In this document: in pieces, positions 51,285-64,000 of the stretch
Layout: every line of letters begins with the position of its first letter
Numbering within the stretch: the first letter of the stretch is position 1
Source of the DNA: an uncultured Gemmatimonadales bacterium
Lineage (GTDB): Bacteria; Gemmatimonadota; Gemmatimonadetes; Gemmatimonadales; GWC2-71-9
Assembly: GCA_963842945.1 (NCBI GenBank)
Contig: CAWJIM010000019.1
Coordinates: forward strand, 1 to 64,000
Direction: 5' to 3'
Length of the DNA: 64,000 nucleotides
The notes under the pieces: generated by a model
Databases searched by the model: none
What the model was told of the DNA's origin: nothing
Seen by the model: the letters and a program-made list of their open reading frames with translations, nothing else
Translations under genes and position numbers: made by a program

Positions 51285-54200
51285 AACGATACCTCGATTC
51301 CCAGTCGCAGCCGGCGGGGATCGCCGGTGAGATTATGGCGGCCTCGGGCAAAGAAGGTGCGAGGTCCGGCCCACCGCCGCATAGAGGGCATCGGAGGCAC
51401 GGCGCTGCTCGTCCAGATCGAACACGTGGTCCCCGTTTCCGTAGCGCTCCTCGGCCCGAATGAGGTAGACGCAGTTGGGCGCAGCCGGCAGTCCTCCCCC
51501 GCTGAGCCACTCCCGCGCATCCGGAGGCGCCCGCGCCTCCGAATTGAAGGTCCAGGGACCCGTCGCCGAGGTAGACTCCCGACGCATGTCCCCGCGGCCG
51601 CATAGTCGGAACTGTCGGTGGACCAGCGGTTCTGCCGGTCCGCCGAATTGACAATGTCGCCGGTGGTGCTGAAGACCCGTAGGGTGTTCACAAAGTTGAA
51701 CAGGTTCCGGACGTCCAGGTACGCGGTGAGTCCAGCCGAGCCGATGCCGAACTCCTTCGTGAGCCTGAGATCGAACTGCCGCCAGGCGGGCAACCTGGCA
51801 GCCGTTGATGCCGCCGGCGCCCTGGCTGCAGCCGTCACCGGAAAGCCGGTCCTCATTGCCCTGGGCGGCCGAGCAGGTGGTATAGGGCGTGCCGCTGGCG
51901 TAACGGAAGACCGCAAAAAGTCCCAGGTTGCGCAACAGCGTCCCGGGGAAGGTTCCCCGCTTCCAATCGGGGGGAAATGTGATGGCGACGGCGCCGGCAA
52001 GATTGTGGGGACGACTGAAGTTCGTGGGCAGGATGGCTTGAGGGGGTGGCCCAATGGCTCCCCCGAGTCCTTCGAGGGCAACCACACCGGCATTTTGGTT
52101 ACTGAATGGATCCGAGCCGGTGCTCTTGGCGTTCTGATAGGTGTAGGAGATGGTGCCGTTCAGCAGGCTTCCGATCCGCCGGTCAAGCCGGACATCGATC
52201 CCACGCGTGTTCCCGTAGTCGGCGTTGGTGAACTTGCCCTGGACACCGCCGGCGCCGGTGAATGGATCAGTCACCGGAAAGGTGCGGGCCGCCGCCACCG
52301 CGAGATTGTCCTTGTTGTACGCCGCGATGTCCAGCACCATGTCGTCACTGAATGCGTGTCGGACCCCGAACTCGAACAGGATCGTCTTCCCGAAATCCAG
52401 ATCAGTCCCCGTCCCGCCGAAGTTGACGCCATCGAGCACCAGGCCGAAGTCTGGAGGTTGTACCTGATGGGCGTAGGACAGACGGAAGTTGGTGCGAGTG
52501 GTGACCGGAAATGAGACCTGAATATGGGGACTCAGGTATCCATGGCCGCCGTCGGGCCGCGTGGTGACCAATGGTCTGCCATCTGCTGAATTGCCGCCCG
52601 CTCCATACTGCGCCGCATTCCCGGTCGCGAGGTATTCTCCGAAGGTGGGGCTCCCCGCGATCGTATCGAGAAGGAGATCGCGACTGGCCCTGGAGGCATA
52701 CGCGTCGAAGCGCACCCCTCCCACCAGTACCACATCACCCAGGTCGAGCCGATCCTCCAGGAAAAGATTCCAGCGTATGGGCCGCTCGAGGTAGGCATCG
52801 CTGAAGTCGCTCGCCTGCAGTTCGGTCACGTACCGATCGAGAGAATACTGAGTGAACTCACCCCCGCTCCGAAGCCGGTTGTAGCGATCGACCTGCCAGT
52901 CCAGATTGGCCTTGGCCAGGTAGCGTCTCTCCCGAACCAGCCGAAATGCCGCCGCTGGGGCCCCCGGACTCCCACCATCCCGGGAGACCGTAGGCATCAT
53001 TGCTGAACTGATCTACCAGGCTGTACTGGCCGGTGTTTTCCTGGTCGTAAGGACTCCGCCCGGGCAGCTTCTTCTGCAGATTGTGCACCAGCTCGTCATT
53101 GATCGGGAAGTTGTCGAAATCGAAGAGGAAACCGAGTGGTGCGAGCATGAAGCCGCCAAAGGGGTGCCGGGTGGCCCGCTCAGTCTCCGGCGTGAGCGGG
53201 CCCTCGATTTGGCGGTCCTCCTGGTACGACAGATACGTCTCCAGTGCGAGCGCGCGATCGGCAGTGCGCCGCAGGTTTGGCGTCCAGCTCAGGCTCAGGA
53301 TGTTGCTCCAGTGACGCCAGCCCTCCGTATCCGCCGAGTTGTACAGATTGGAGTAGTCGAAGACACGTCCCTGGTTTTGGCTGCCCAGGTAACTCAGCGC
53401 GATCCGAGACCCGCGACCATAGGTGTAATTCAGCTTGCCCTGAAGCTCGTAGCTCGAGGTACCACTCAACGGCGTGCGGATGCCCTGGCAGGCGAGTCCG
53501 TAGTTGGTGCGGATCCCCTCGTTGGCGCTGCCCGCGAATGCGTCGCACTGGCCCCGGTAAATGGCCAATCGGTACACCGGGACATAGACGTATCGGCGAA
53601 CGGATCCCCCGCTTCGCTGGGCACGGCCACCGTGGTGTCCACCCCCGCCGATACGAAGATGGGCGCCTTCTCGGCGTCGAAGCCGGTCCGCGCTGACTGC
53701 TGTCCTTCCAGCACGCCGGAGAAAAAAAGGCTGAGGTGCCGAGCGACCGGTACGCTGAGCGTGGCCTGGAGCCGGTTGAAGCCGAGGCTGTGATTCACAC
53801 CAAACGGCTCATCCGTCTCGTAGGCGAGAGATCCGGCCAGCTGATCGCCGGTCCGGGTCTGAATGGAGACGACCCCGGACAGTGCATTGCCGAACTCGGC
53901 CGATGCGGCCCCGGTCGTCAGTGAGGCCTCTTCCACGCCGTTGCTCCCGACGCTGATCTCGGTACCTGGAGGATCGCCATAGCCCACCGACCGATACCCT
54001 GGAGTTACCGGTACTCCATCGATATAGGTGACCGCCTCGTCCGGGCGGCCGCCACGGATTGATAGTGGCGGGCTGCCGCGGCCGTCGTCGTCCACGCCGG
54101 CCACGACCCCCGGCTGCAGGGCGAGTACGCCCGCGGAGCCGATCGACCGGTAACTCGTCGGCGAACTCCCCATTCACCCGTTGCTTGCTGGTGACTTCGT

Positions 54201-54591
54201 CGCGGGGGACCAGGAGGTTCTCCGCGATGACGGTGATGAGCTCCTGTAGCTGAACCGGCGCAGGCTCCAATACGAAGTCCTGGGTGATAGTCTGCCCGGC
54301 CAGGACTCGGAGATTCCGCAGCTCGACGGGACGATGGCCGATCAGCGCGACCCTCATGGCGATGGTGCCGGCGGGTATGTTGTTGATGAAGTAGTGGCCG
54401 CGAGGATCGGTCAGCGCGGAATACGTGGTGCCGACGATGTAAACTTGCGCTTCCACCAGAGGGCTGCCGTCGGGAGAACGCACCCCACCATCGATCTTGC
54501 CGGTCGGTGCCTGTGCCTCGAGTCGTCCCACGGCCAGCATAACCGATAAAAACAGAATGGCCACACGTTCACTGGGCGGGGCACGCTGCAC
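51281..54591 (-). CDS. TonB-dependent receptor (frameshifted)
   Basis: Carboxypeptidase-regulatory-like N-terminus, SIRGGR..YIDGVPV plug, terminal RLGIEVSF. Confidence 0.85.
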
Positions 54592-54631
54592 GCGATTACT
54601 CCGGGGCTACAGAGGCGAGGAGAGCAGGGTT

Positions 54632-54663
54632 ACTCTAAGCGGCGTTCGTGAAAAGGCCGTAAA
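54632..54663 (-). promoter_or_regulatory. Degenerate SARP-type box upstream of the TonB operon
   Basis: Minus strand TTTACGG-N4-TTCACGA-N8-TAGAGT. Confidence 0.4.
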
Positions 54664-54900
54664 TCGGACGGGCAGGACGCGGGTCCGAGTTGCGACCGCA
54701 ACCAGACTTCAAGATTAGCTGAGAGAAGAAAGGGCGAGCCGCTCAAACCTGTGGCGCGGTCCATTAGGCCGCAAGTGGACAGCGAGGTTGTGGGATTACT
54801 CGGTCACCTTCAGCGTAGCCACGGCCGCGGCGGTATACTCAAGGTAGTTGACCCTCCGCTGCGTGCACACTCCCGGATCGGTCCCGGGTCCAAGGCTCCC

Positions 54901-57900
54901 ATGAGTGCTCCCCCGTCGGCGATCTCTGATCACCAGCTCGGACTCGTCGTCGAGGCGATCTCCCCCCGCGACTGGCGGCCGCTCTCGCGGACCGCTACGT
55001 GCTGGAGCGCGAGCTGGGCCGCGGGGGCATGGCCACGGTGTACCTGGCCCAGGATCTTCGCCACCAGCGCGCGGTCGCGCTCAAGGTGCTGCATCCCGCC
55101 TTGGCTCAGGCGCTGGGGCCGGAGCGCTTCCTTCGCGAAATCCAGATCGCCGCCCGGCTCCAGCACGCCCACATCCTGCCGCTGTTCGACTCGGGCACCG
55201 CCGACGGGCTGCCCTACTACGCCATGCCCTACATCGAAGGCGAGTCGCTCCGGGCCCGGATGACCCGGGAGCGGCAGCTCGACCTCCCCGAGGCGCTGCG
55301 GATCAGCCGGGAGATCGCCGCCGCGCTGGGCCACGCCCATGCCCAGGGGATCGTGCACCGCGACATCAAGCCGGAGAATATCCTGCTCACCCGGGAGGGG
55401 AGCGTGCGGGTGGCCGACTTCGGCATCGCCCGGGCCGCGGCCGCCGCCGGGGTCGAGAAGCTGACCGAGACCGGGCTCTCGCTGGGCACGCCGGCCTACA
55501 TGAGCCCGGAGCAGGCCGCGGGGGACGACCAGCTGGATGGCCGCAGCGACCTCTACGCCCTGGGCTGTGTGCTCTACGAGATGCTGGCGGGCCAGCCCCC
55601 CTTCACCGGACGCACCGCGCAGGCGATCCTGGCCCGGCACGCCATCGATCCGGTGCCCAGCCTGCGCACGGTGCGCTCGACCGTCCCCCTGGCCCTGGAC
55701 CACGCCATCAGCACCGCCCTGGCCAAGGTGCCGGCCGACCGGTTCGCCACCGCGGGCGCGTTCGTCAAGGCACTGTCGGCAAACGGAGCCACCGCGACTA
55801 CCACACTGGTCACGCCGGCAACCCGCCGCTCCACCCTACGCCGAGCCAGGGTACCGGTGGCGGCCGCGGTCCTGCTCGGAGTTGGAGCCGGTCGTGATCG
55901 GCGTACTGCAGTCTCGCCGAGGCGGGCCGACCGTCGTTCCATCCGCATCCACGATGGCGGTTCTGCCGTTTTCCCCTACGACCAGCGACAGCGCTCTGGT
56001 CCGGCTCGGGCGGGACCTCGCCAGTACAGTCAGCGCCAGCCTCGACGGGGTGGGCGAGATCCGCACCGTGGATCGCCTCACCGTCCTGGCCCAAGCTCCC
56101 GAAGGTGGGGCCACCCTCACCCTGAGCGAAGCCGCGGCGCTGGCCCGCCGGCTTGGCGCCACGAGTGTCGTGCACGGCAGCCTGGCCCGAGACGGTGCGC
56201 GAGTCCGGCTGGACGTGGGCCTCTTCACCACCGATAGCCTGGTGATGCTCGCCCGGCAGTCCGTTCTTGCGGCCCCGGAGAGCTTGAGCGCGCTCACCGA
56301 CTCCCTCGTGTGGAAGCTGCTCGGCGATATCTGGCGGCACGGCCGGCCGCCCACGCCGACGCTGGGAGCGATCACCACCCGGTCGGTGGACGCGCTCCGG
56401 GCCTATCTGGACGGCGAGCGCGAGTCGGTGAGGGGTAACCTCGAGGAGGCCCGTGCCGATTATGGCCGTGCCATCGCCGCCGACTCCAGCTTTTGGTTCG
56501 CCTACTTTCGCCAAGGCAACGTCGCCGGATGGGCCGAGGGAGACGTTGATTCGGCCACGGAGCATGCGTATTGGACCCACCGGCACTTGCTTCCTCAGCG
56601 CGAGCGAATGCTGATCGAGGCCGCCCGGCTGGACAGCGGCCTTTTCCGTCAGCGCGCACGGCTCGAAGATATCGTGCAACGGTACCCGGATTACTGGCCT
56701 GCCTGGTGGATGCTGGGCGATGCCCTGTCACATGTCTACGGGCACATCGGATCCAATGCTGCCGATACCCGAAGGGCGCTGGAGCGCGTGGTGGAGCTGA
56801 ATCCCAAGATGGTGTTGGCCTGGGAGCATCTTGCGTGGCTGGCCAGCGCGGTGGGGGACACCACGACAGAGGCCCGCGCGCTCGACATGCTCGAACGGTT
56901 GAGGTCAGGTCCGACGTTCTTAAAGAATGTGGGGAGAGACCAACTTTTGGGGTGGCGGACGACCCTCGCGCTCCAGCGACGAAGCCCCGCGGCTCGCCTA
57001 ATGCTCGACAGCCTGTACCAGGATATGGTGAAGCCAGATCGCGACCTGTTTGAGTCGGGGGTCATGATCCAAGCTGCCGGCTACCCGGCGGACCAGATCG
57101 AGATGAACCGCCGCTTGCTGCGTCACGGGGTTCCTCCGGAGGGGGCGCGCATCCTCACCTATCTGAACGCGATAGCCTGGGCCTCCCGCGGCGCCTGGGA
57201 CTCTGCGCTGGCCACGCGGGAACAGCTGGTGCGATCGCTAACGGACACGGTCGGGCTGCTCGACGTTTACCGCACAGCGGTGCTGGCGACGACGGTCGGC
57301 GCCTTGCCGGCGGATATAGCAGCCCGGAGGCGACCCGCCGCAGCGCGCCTGCTTCTGCTCAACGGCCCGGCATATCGGGCGGAGCTGGCCTGGCTGGATG
57401 GCGTGCTCGCCGCGGCGACTCTGGATACCGCGGGCCTCGTCGCCACGCGCGTCAGGCTTCGAGCGACAGGCGCCAAGTGGAGCGCGAGCCTCGACCGGTC
57501 GCTTGGCGCATTTGAATCGGCGTTGCGAGGGCATCGACGCTCCGCCGCCACGGCGATGGCGGCGCTCGAATGGGAGCTCGCCGATGGGAGTCCTTGGTTC
57601 GCCCGGGACCCTGAGACCCCGCATAAACTGCTCCGCGGCATCGACCGGATGGCCGCGGCCAAGTGGTTGTTGGCAGAGGGAGACAGCGCTCAGGCGGTGC
57701 GCCTGCTCTCCTGGTGCGAGACCTTTCCGCCTCTCGACGACAAAGTCCCGCTGGCTCCGCTGGCCTACCTGCTGCGTGCGAGCATCGAAGATGGCCATGG
57801 CGATGTGGCCGCAGCGCGCCGCGACTACGAGCAAGTTTCTGATGCTTTACGACATGCCGCCGCCCGCGCACCGCCACCTGGTCACGGAAGCACGGGCGGC

Positions 57901-57946
57901 GGTCGCCCGCCTTGGAGCCATACCGGTTCCTGCCCCAGAACGTTGA
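54901..57946 (+). CDS. Ser/Thr kinase-TM-TolB-like-TPR protein C (frameshifted)
   Basis: Kinase nearly identical to B and D; distinct ectodomain starting MAVLPF. Confidence 0.88.
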
Positions 57947-58077
57947 CGGGTGCTGGGCGGTTTCACGCACGAGAGAATTAGGTCTCCCTTCAACGGAGCC
58001 ACCGCCAAGACGGTATACTCCGGTACTACCCTTCCGCTGTGTGCCACTCCCGGATCAGTCCCGGGTCCAAGGTTCCC

Positions 58078-61000
58078 ATGAGTGCTCCCCCTTCGGGGAT
58101 CTCTGATCACCAGCTCCAATCGTCGTCGGGGGATCTCCCCCCGCGGCTGGCGGCCGCTCTCGCGGACCGCTACCTGCTGGAGCGCGAGCTGGGCCGGGGG
58201 GGCATGGCCACGGTGTACCTGGCCCAGGATCTTCGCCACCAGCGCGCGGTGGCGCTCAAGGTGCTCCATCCCGCCTTGGCTCAGGCGTTGGGGTCGGAGC
58301 GCTTCCTTCGCGAAATCCAAATCGCCGCCCGGCTCCAGCACGCCCACATCCTGCCGCTGTTCGACTCGGGCACCGCCGACGGGCTGCCCTACTACGCCAT
58401 GCCCTACATCGAAGGCGAGTCGCTCCGGGCCCGGATGACCCGGGAGCGGCAGCTCGACCTCCCCGAGGCGCTGCGGATCAGCCGGGAGATCGCCGCCGCG
58501 CTGGGCCACGCCCATGCCCAGGGGATCGTGCACCGCGACATCAAGCCGGAGAATATCCTGCTCACCCGGGAGGGGAGCGTGCGGGTGGCCGACTTCGGCA
58601 TCGCCCGGGCCGCGGCCGCCGCCGGGGTCGAGAAGCTGACCGAGACCGGGCTCTCGCTGGGCACGCCGGCCTACATGAGCCCGGAGCAGGCCGCGGGGGA
58701 CGACCAGCTGGATGGCCGCAGCGACCTCTACGCCCTGGGCTGTGTGCTCTACGAGATGCTGGCGGGCCAGCCCCCCTTCACCGGACGCACCGCGCAGGCG
58801 ATCCTGGCCCGGCACGCCATCGATCCGGTGCCCAGCCTGCGCACGGTGCGCTCGACCGTCCCCCTGGGCCTGGACCACGCCATCAGCACCGCCCTGGCCA
58901 AGGTGCCGGCCGACCGGTTCGCCACCGCGGGCGCATTCGTCAGCGCACTCGACCAAGCCGCGAGTGCCGCGCCAGCTCCACGTCCAAGTTCTCGATCACG
59001 TCCGCGGGGCCTCTTCGCGGGAGTGGCTGCAGCGGTCATTCTGGCGGTTGTCATCGGACTGGTGATGATGCGCCGGTCGCCAGCCTCAACTCGGTCAAAC
59101 CCGAAACTGGTGGTGGTCCTCCCGTTCCGGACCTCGGGAGCAAGCCCTGAGCTGGGCTGGCTGCACGAGGGCCTGGTGGACCTTCTGGCGGCCAAGCTCG
59201 AGGGCGGCGGAGAACTGCGCGCGGCTGAACCGACCTCGGTCCTGGGTGCATGGCGTCGAGTGGGTGGATCGGAAAGCACAGCGGTCCCCCAGGATGCCGC
59301 GCTCGAGATCGCGCGTAGCCTCGGTGCCGGTCGCCTGATCGATGGAAGCGTGGTGGGGACACCCGCACACCTGACGATCACGGCCTCACTGCTCACCACC
59401 TCTGGCGGACAGAGCGGTTCCCGCGCGAGCGCCGACGGGCCAGTTGATAGTCTCACGGTGTTGGTCGATCGGCTTGCGGGGCGCTTGCTCAGCCTCGATG
59501 CGGGAGTGGATCTCGCTCGACTTTCTACGACGAGCTCATCGCTCCCGGCGACCCGGGCTTTCCTGGCGGGCCGCGCGGCTTTTCGCAAGGGCGACATGGA
59601 TCAAGCCTTTCGGAGCTTCCGCGAAGCGACGGTTCTCGATTCGACCTTCGCGCTGGCTGCGCTCGAGCTGGTGCATGCGTCAGTGTGGGTCGGCGGGGCG
59701 TGGAGCGAGGATGCTCAGCGCGGCAAGCGCCTGGCGCAAGCCGGCCGGGACCGGCTCGGCCCCGGTGACCGGGCGTTGCTCGACGCGTGGGACATGGACG
59801 ACATCACCGGCCCCGGATGGATTCAGGCATGGCAGGCGGCCGCACAGGCTAATCCCGAGCGCGCCGAGACCTGGTACGAGCTCGGCGACGCGTACTTCCA
59901 TAATGCGGCGCTGGTCGGCCTGGACAACCCCTGCGGCTGGCGGCCGAGGCCTTCCAGCGAGGTTGGGCGATAGATTCGGCAAATGGCAGCGATGCTCTTG
60001 CGTCCGGAGAATTCGCCCATCGTCGCCGAGCCAGTCGCGCATATGGTGGAGATCGCGCAGATCAGGGGCGATAGCTGCGTCGGTGCGCCGGCTCGTGGCG
60101 CTACGGCTGGGCGCGGACTCGACCAGCGTGAACGGATGGTACCTGCGCTGGCATCGGGCGGTAGCGCTGGGGGACTCGGCGCGGCGCGCGTTCTGGGCCG
60201 ATTCCCAGAAAGTCGATCCACTCGCGTGGGGCCATATCTATGCGTTCATGACCTGGACCGGCGTGGGAACCCAGGATTTGCTTCGCGTGACGGACCAGGA
60301 CACTCGACACGTGGAGGCGGGTCACCCGGGCGACGATTTCGTCGTCCCATGCCTTGGCCCTCCTGAATGGTGGCCGGCCTCGGCGACGCGCGCCGACTCC
60401 TGACATACAGACGACACCTCCATGGAGAACCTCACTGGCGGGATTCACGAGTGCGCTCTACTGGGAAGGGGACACCACCGCGGCGGTTGATGCCGCCCGG
60501 CGGCTGGCGCCTGTCGCTGCCGGCCGCTCGCACGCCGTGGCCAAGCCAGGACGACCACAGATCCGGGCCATCTGCGCGCTCGGCGCCTGGCATGCCGCAC
60601 ATGGCGACTACGACTATGTTCAGGCAGCGATAAGAAGCCTCCGCCCGGCCAGTGACGCCGGGCTCTTGCCCAACGACTCCCTGCCTCCCGGCCAGTGGGC
60701 CGCGGTGACTCTGCTCTGCGCTGCTCGAGGCCACCCGAGCCAGCGCGCTCCACCTGCCCGATGCTCGCACCAAGCTCGCAAAGGCCGACGTGGCGGCCCG
60801 GACCTATATCCTCTCGGCTCCGATGGCCGCAAACCTGATCATCGCTCGCGTCGCGGAGGCCCAGGGTGACTTGGCGCTGGCGCTCCGAGCGGTGCGGCGG
60901 CGGGGAAGCGGGTTTGTGGCAAGTTTCCCGTTTTACCTCTCGACCTTCCTGCACGAGGAGGGCCGGCTCTCCGCACTCACCGGCGACACCGCCGGGGCGA

Positions 61001-61119
61001 TCCGAGCATACCAGCACTACCTTGCGCTCCGACCCAATCCCGAACCGGAAGTAAAGCCGGAAGTCGAACGCGTGCGTGGCGAGCTCGCTCATCTGGTCGG
61101 AGAACACCCGAAGAGGTAG
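58078..61119 (+). CDS. Ser/Thr kinase-TM-TolB-like-TPR protein D (frameshifted)
   Basis: Intact kinase motifs, TM helix, VVLPF; C-terminus similar to B. Confidence 0.88.
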
Positions 61120-61443
61120 TACCAGAATCTCTCGGCTTTGTGCACTCTGCCGCGAGTAGTGGGTGATCAAGGTTGGTGAAGCGAAAGTGTGGCCTGAGCC
61201 TAGGGCACTGCGTCACAACCGGATCTAGCATACGGGCGGCGCAATAGAAATCGGCTAACAGCTCCGGCTGGGAAAAGTCGGGGATGCCGAGAAGGTGCTG
61301 CAGAAAAATGCGACCATGCTTGGCTCAGGATCCCACCGCCCGAGACCGAGCTTACGGACGGACCTTCCGGTGCAGAGTGAGCGGAGCCCCCGGGCTATGG
61401 CAATCGGAGCCGGCGAGGGCCGAGCACGCGGAATTCGGTTGCT

Positions 61444-61809
61444 CTATGGGGCCCTCGCTGCGATCTCTCTCAGGTTCTCCTCGAAGTGTTCCTGTTGGAT
61501 TTCCTGCCACAACCCTTTCATCACCTCCTCGGCTCGAATGGCCATCTCTTCCCAGGAGAGAGACCCGGGGCCGGGATTGATGAACTCGTTGTCCTGGAGG
61601 ATGCGCTTCGCAAATGCTGGGTCGGCATCCGGCCAGTGTTCTCTCAGGGCCAGGCAGATGTACTTCAGCTTGCGGGAGAGGTCGAAGCAAAAAGTGGCGA
61701 GCATGTAAAACCGCTTGTCGACATCCTGCCCTACGGACTCGAGCTTCGGGGTGGCTCCCTTCGGGTGGTTATCCGTGCCGAGCGCGATGTTCGCGAGCGC
61801 TGTGGTCAT
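61444..61809 (-). CDS. Hypothetical protein
   Basis: AGGAGG RBS; coherent 121-aa ORF. Confidence 0.6.
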   Translation of the reverse strand: MTTALANIALGTDNHPKGATPKLESVGQDVDKRFYMLATFCFDLSRKLKYICLALREHWPDADPAFAKRILQDNEFINPGPGSLSWEEMAIRAEEVMKGLWQEIQQEHFEENLREIAARAP

Positions 61810-61869
61810 TGTATCCTCCTAATTGGTGTGAAGTACAACCTGGCGATTGCCGCAGTTGTTCGTAGCGGC

Positions 61870-64000
61870 TCAGGGAGCAGACCTGCGCTCCAGCCGACCC
61901 ATCCGCGCCAGGTAAAGGACGTCGGTGATGGCCCAAGAGTTGGAGAATGAGTCCCTGCCAACGTCTGGTCTGCGCTGCGTTACCTTGCCTTCCAAGAAGC
62001 TCGGCAAGCAAGTACCGCTGGGGCCCCATGGCGGTAAGCGGAAAGTTCGCCGTCCACGGCTCGGCGATGCGGGACACCGCCGTCTGCAGCAAGTCTATCG
62101 CCCGGGTGGTATCTGCGGCGAGGAGCGCCAGACGGGCGCGAAGCGAGGCTCTGAAGTGTCTCCGGTCCCGGATCAGCGGGGCTTCCTCGAGGGGCTTGCT
62201 CGATCTGCCGCAGCAGTCCGGTCACCTCGGCGGAATCGCCGGCCAAGGTGGCAGCGGTCCACCAACGCATCGAAGCTCTCGCGGACTTCGTCCCAGTACG
62301 GGCGCCGGAAATCCGGAGATCGTCTCGCCTCCACTTGGCGCCTGGCCCAGTCATACATTGGTTTCGCGAGATCTGCCGTCGGGAAGCCGGCCAGCGCCGC
62401 CTGGACTATCCAGGCATCGAATGGCTCGTCTCCGGCAACTGCCTTCCATGCGCTCACCGCATCGATCGAGCGCCCCTGTGCGGCCAAGGCGACCAGACGG
62501 TACTGAGCCCCCCTGCGTCGATCGTCCGGGGTCCGGTTGGCCCCGAGGAGGAAGCCCGCAACCGTATCGGCCAGCGCAGGGTCCCGTCCTCCATGCATAG
62601 CCGAGATGACTACCTGCGCCAGTGCAGGTCGCTCCACCGTCCCAAGGCGGCTCAAGGCGGCCGATCTCTCCTGTGCCGGACCGAACTGAATCGTGACGAG
62701 CGCCTTCCGCATAGGGCGCCAGGGATCGTCCACCCGCAAATGTCCTGAGGTACCGTTCCGCGGCACGCCCATCACCTTGCTGCAGCGCAAGCTCCAGCAG
62801 GTGGTCGTACACGGGGGCGAAGCTGCTGTCCAGGGCTGCAACCCGATCGAACGCGGCTCGGGCGTCCACCGGTGAGTGGGCGGCAAACGCACCGAAATGG
62901 AAGAGTGCCTCGCCCAGGCCATACCAGGCATCTATGTCGGTATTGTCATCGAGGACGGCGTCCTGGAAAGCTGCGATCGCACTGGCCCCATAGCCGAGTA
63001 CAAATTGTCGCTGTGCCTTCAGGCGACCGAGCGACTGCCGATCCAGGTGGCCGCCCCGCGCCAGCCCGGCGTCGACGGCAGCGAGGGCTGAGGTATCATC
63101 GTGCTGCAAGGTCTGTATTACGCTCAGACGATGGTAGGCGAGCCCACAGTTTGAATCGGCGTTGATCGCGGACCGAATCGCGGCCGCAGCGGCCTCCAGA
63201 TCGCCCAGACTGAACCGGGAATAAGCCTGCAGCAGCTGGCCGGCGGCCGTTGCCGAACTGGTGCCCGCCAAGATGGCTCTGCTGGCCCCCAAGTCGAGCC
63301 TCTCCCGGCGCACCAGCACGTTGAGTGACTGAATGGCCAGCCGTCCTACGGGGACATCCAGTGCCGTTCCGGGCGTGCTGTCTACTGCTCTCATTATCCG
63401 CTCCCCGTCAACGGCCGAGTACAGCTCGACGCTTACTCGCGTGCCGCCCACGAGTGGGATGCTAGACCCAGTGAGCAAGTAACGCCCCCCCAACTTTCTG
63501 GCACCGCGCAGAAGCTCTGGGAGGGGAACTGCCTGGGAGCCATGCCCTGCCCTTGCCAACTGACTCCCATCGATCGGCTGTAGACCAGGAATCCACTGCA
63601 GCGCATCCGCCAGGAGCAGATCAGGCGCCGGCTCACGCTTTCCCGACGGTTCGGCCGCCGGGACTCTCTGAAAAGGGATGATTACGACACCAAGCTGAGA
63701 ACGGCCGACTCACCGACCCCCGCAGGCTGACCACCAACACCACCGCCAGCAACAGGAGAGCAGCAACACCTCCGGCCACGAGCCACCGAGTTGAAGGAAG
63801 GTTCGCAATCGTTCGCCGAGTACGTGGTTCCTCTATGGTTAACGCTCGAGCGAAGTCCTGTGCTCGCTGGAAACGGTCGGCAGGAACTTTCTCCAGGGCC
63901 CGTCTGACTGCGTGCAGAACCCTGTCCGGCACATTCGGGCGTACTGTTTCCAGGCTGGGAGGAGGCTGTCGAAGATGCTTTGCGGCAACCGATTGAGCCG
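61870..64000 (-). CDS. Ser/Thr kinase-TM-TPR protein E (partial, 5' end outside window; frameshifted)
   Basis: RALEKVPADRF kinase tail, TM helix, DAWYGLGEALFH TPR. Confidence 0.8.

Noticed and set aside
35943..64000. Many frameshifts as programmed recoding or mass pseudogenisation
   Set aside because: They are scattered single-base indels, hit housekeeping gcvT and differ between near-identical kinase copies. Long-read consensus error is the simpler explanation.

Overview
GC-rich bacterial DNA. The gene content (many lipoproteins, Ser/Thr kinase-TolB-TPR receptors, RCC1 repeats, a TonB receptor with a T9SS-like partner) resembles Gemmatimonadota, which is my inference. Many single-base frameshifts, dense after ~37 kb, are most likely assembly errors. 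Layout: (1) 1-11.8 kb is an accessory region of small lipoprotein genes, gene remnants, an integron-type cassette with attC halves and an 'ELEERIAP' RiPP-like peptide, closed by an orphan amidohydrolase 3' end. (2) 13.9-23.6 kb is a signalling locus and the best candidate for an undescribed system: an unannotated 27-aa peptide gene (MLKGSLIARVSAFFARLIGGGEGQDWK, 18706-18789) sits directly upstream of a multi-TM HD-GYP phosphodiesterase, convergent with a SARP/BTAD-ATPase-TPR regulator. Peptide, HD-GYP and the regulator's 3' part form a lower-GC block between high-GC anchors, next to a hydrogenase-like Fe-S diguanylate cyclase and a sigma-54 activator. (3) 28-36 kb holds five RCC1-repeat lipoproteins plus a remnant, with SARP-type promoter boxes and three degenerate copies of the gcvT 3' end. 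(4) gcvT and argF. (5) 38-64 kb holds five receptor-like Ser/Thr kinases (three with near-identical kinase modules and different ectodomains) surrounding a TonB-dependent receptor operon. I saw no rRNA, tRNA, CRISPR array or transposase.
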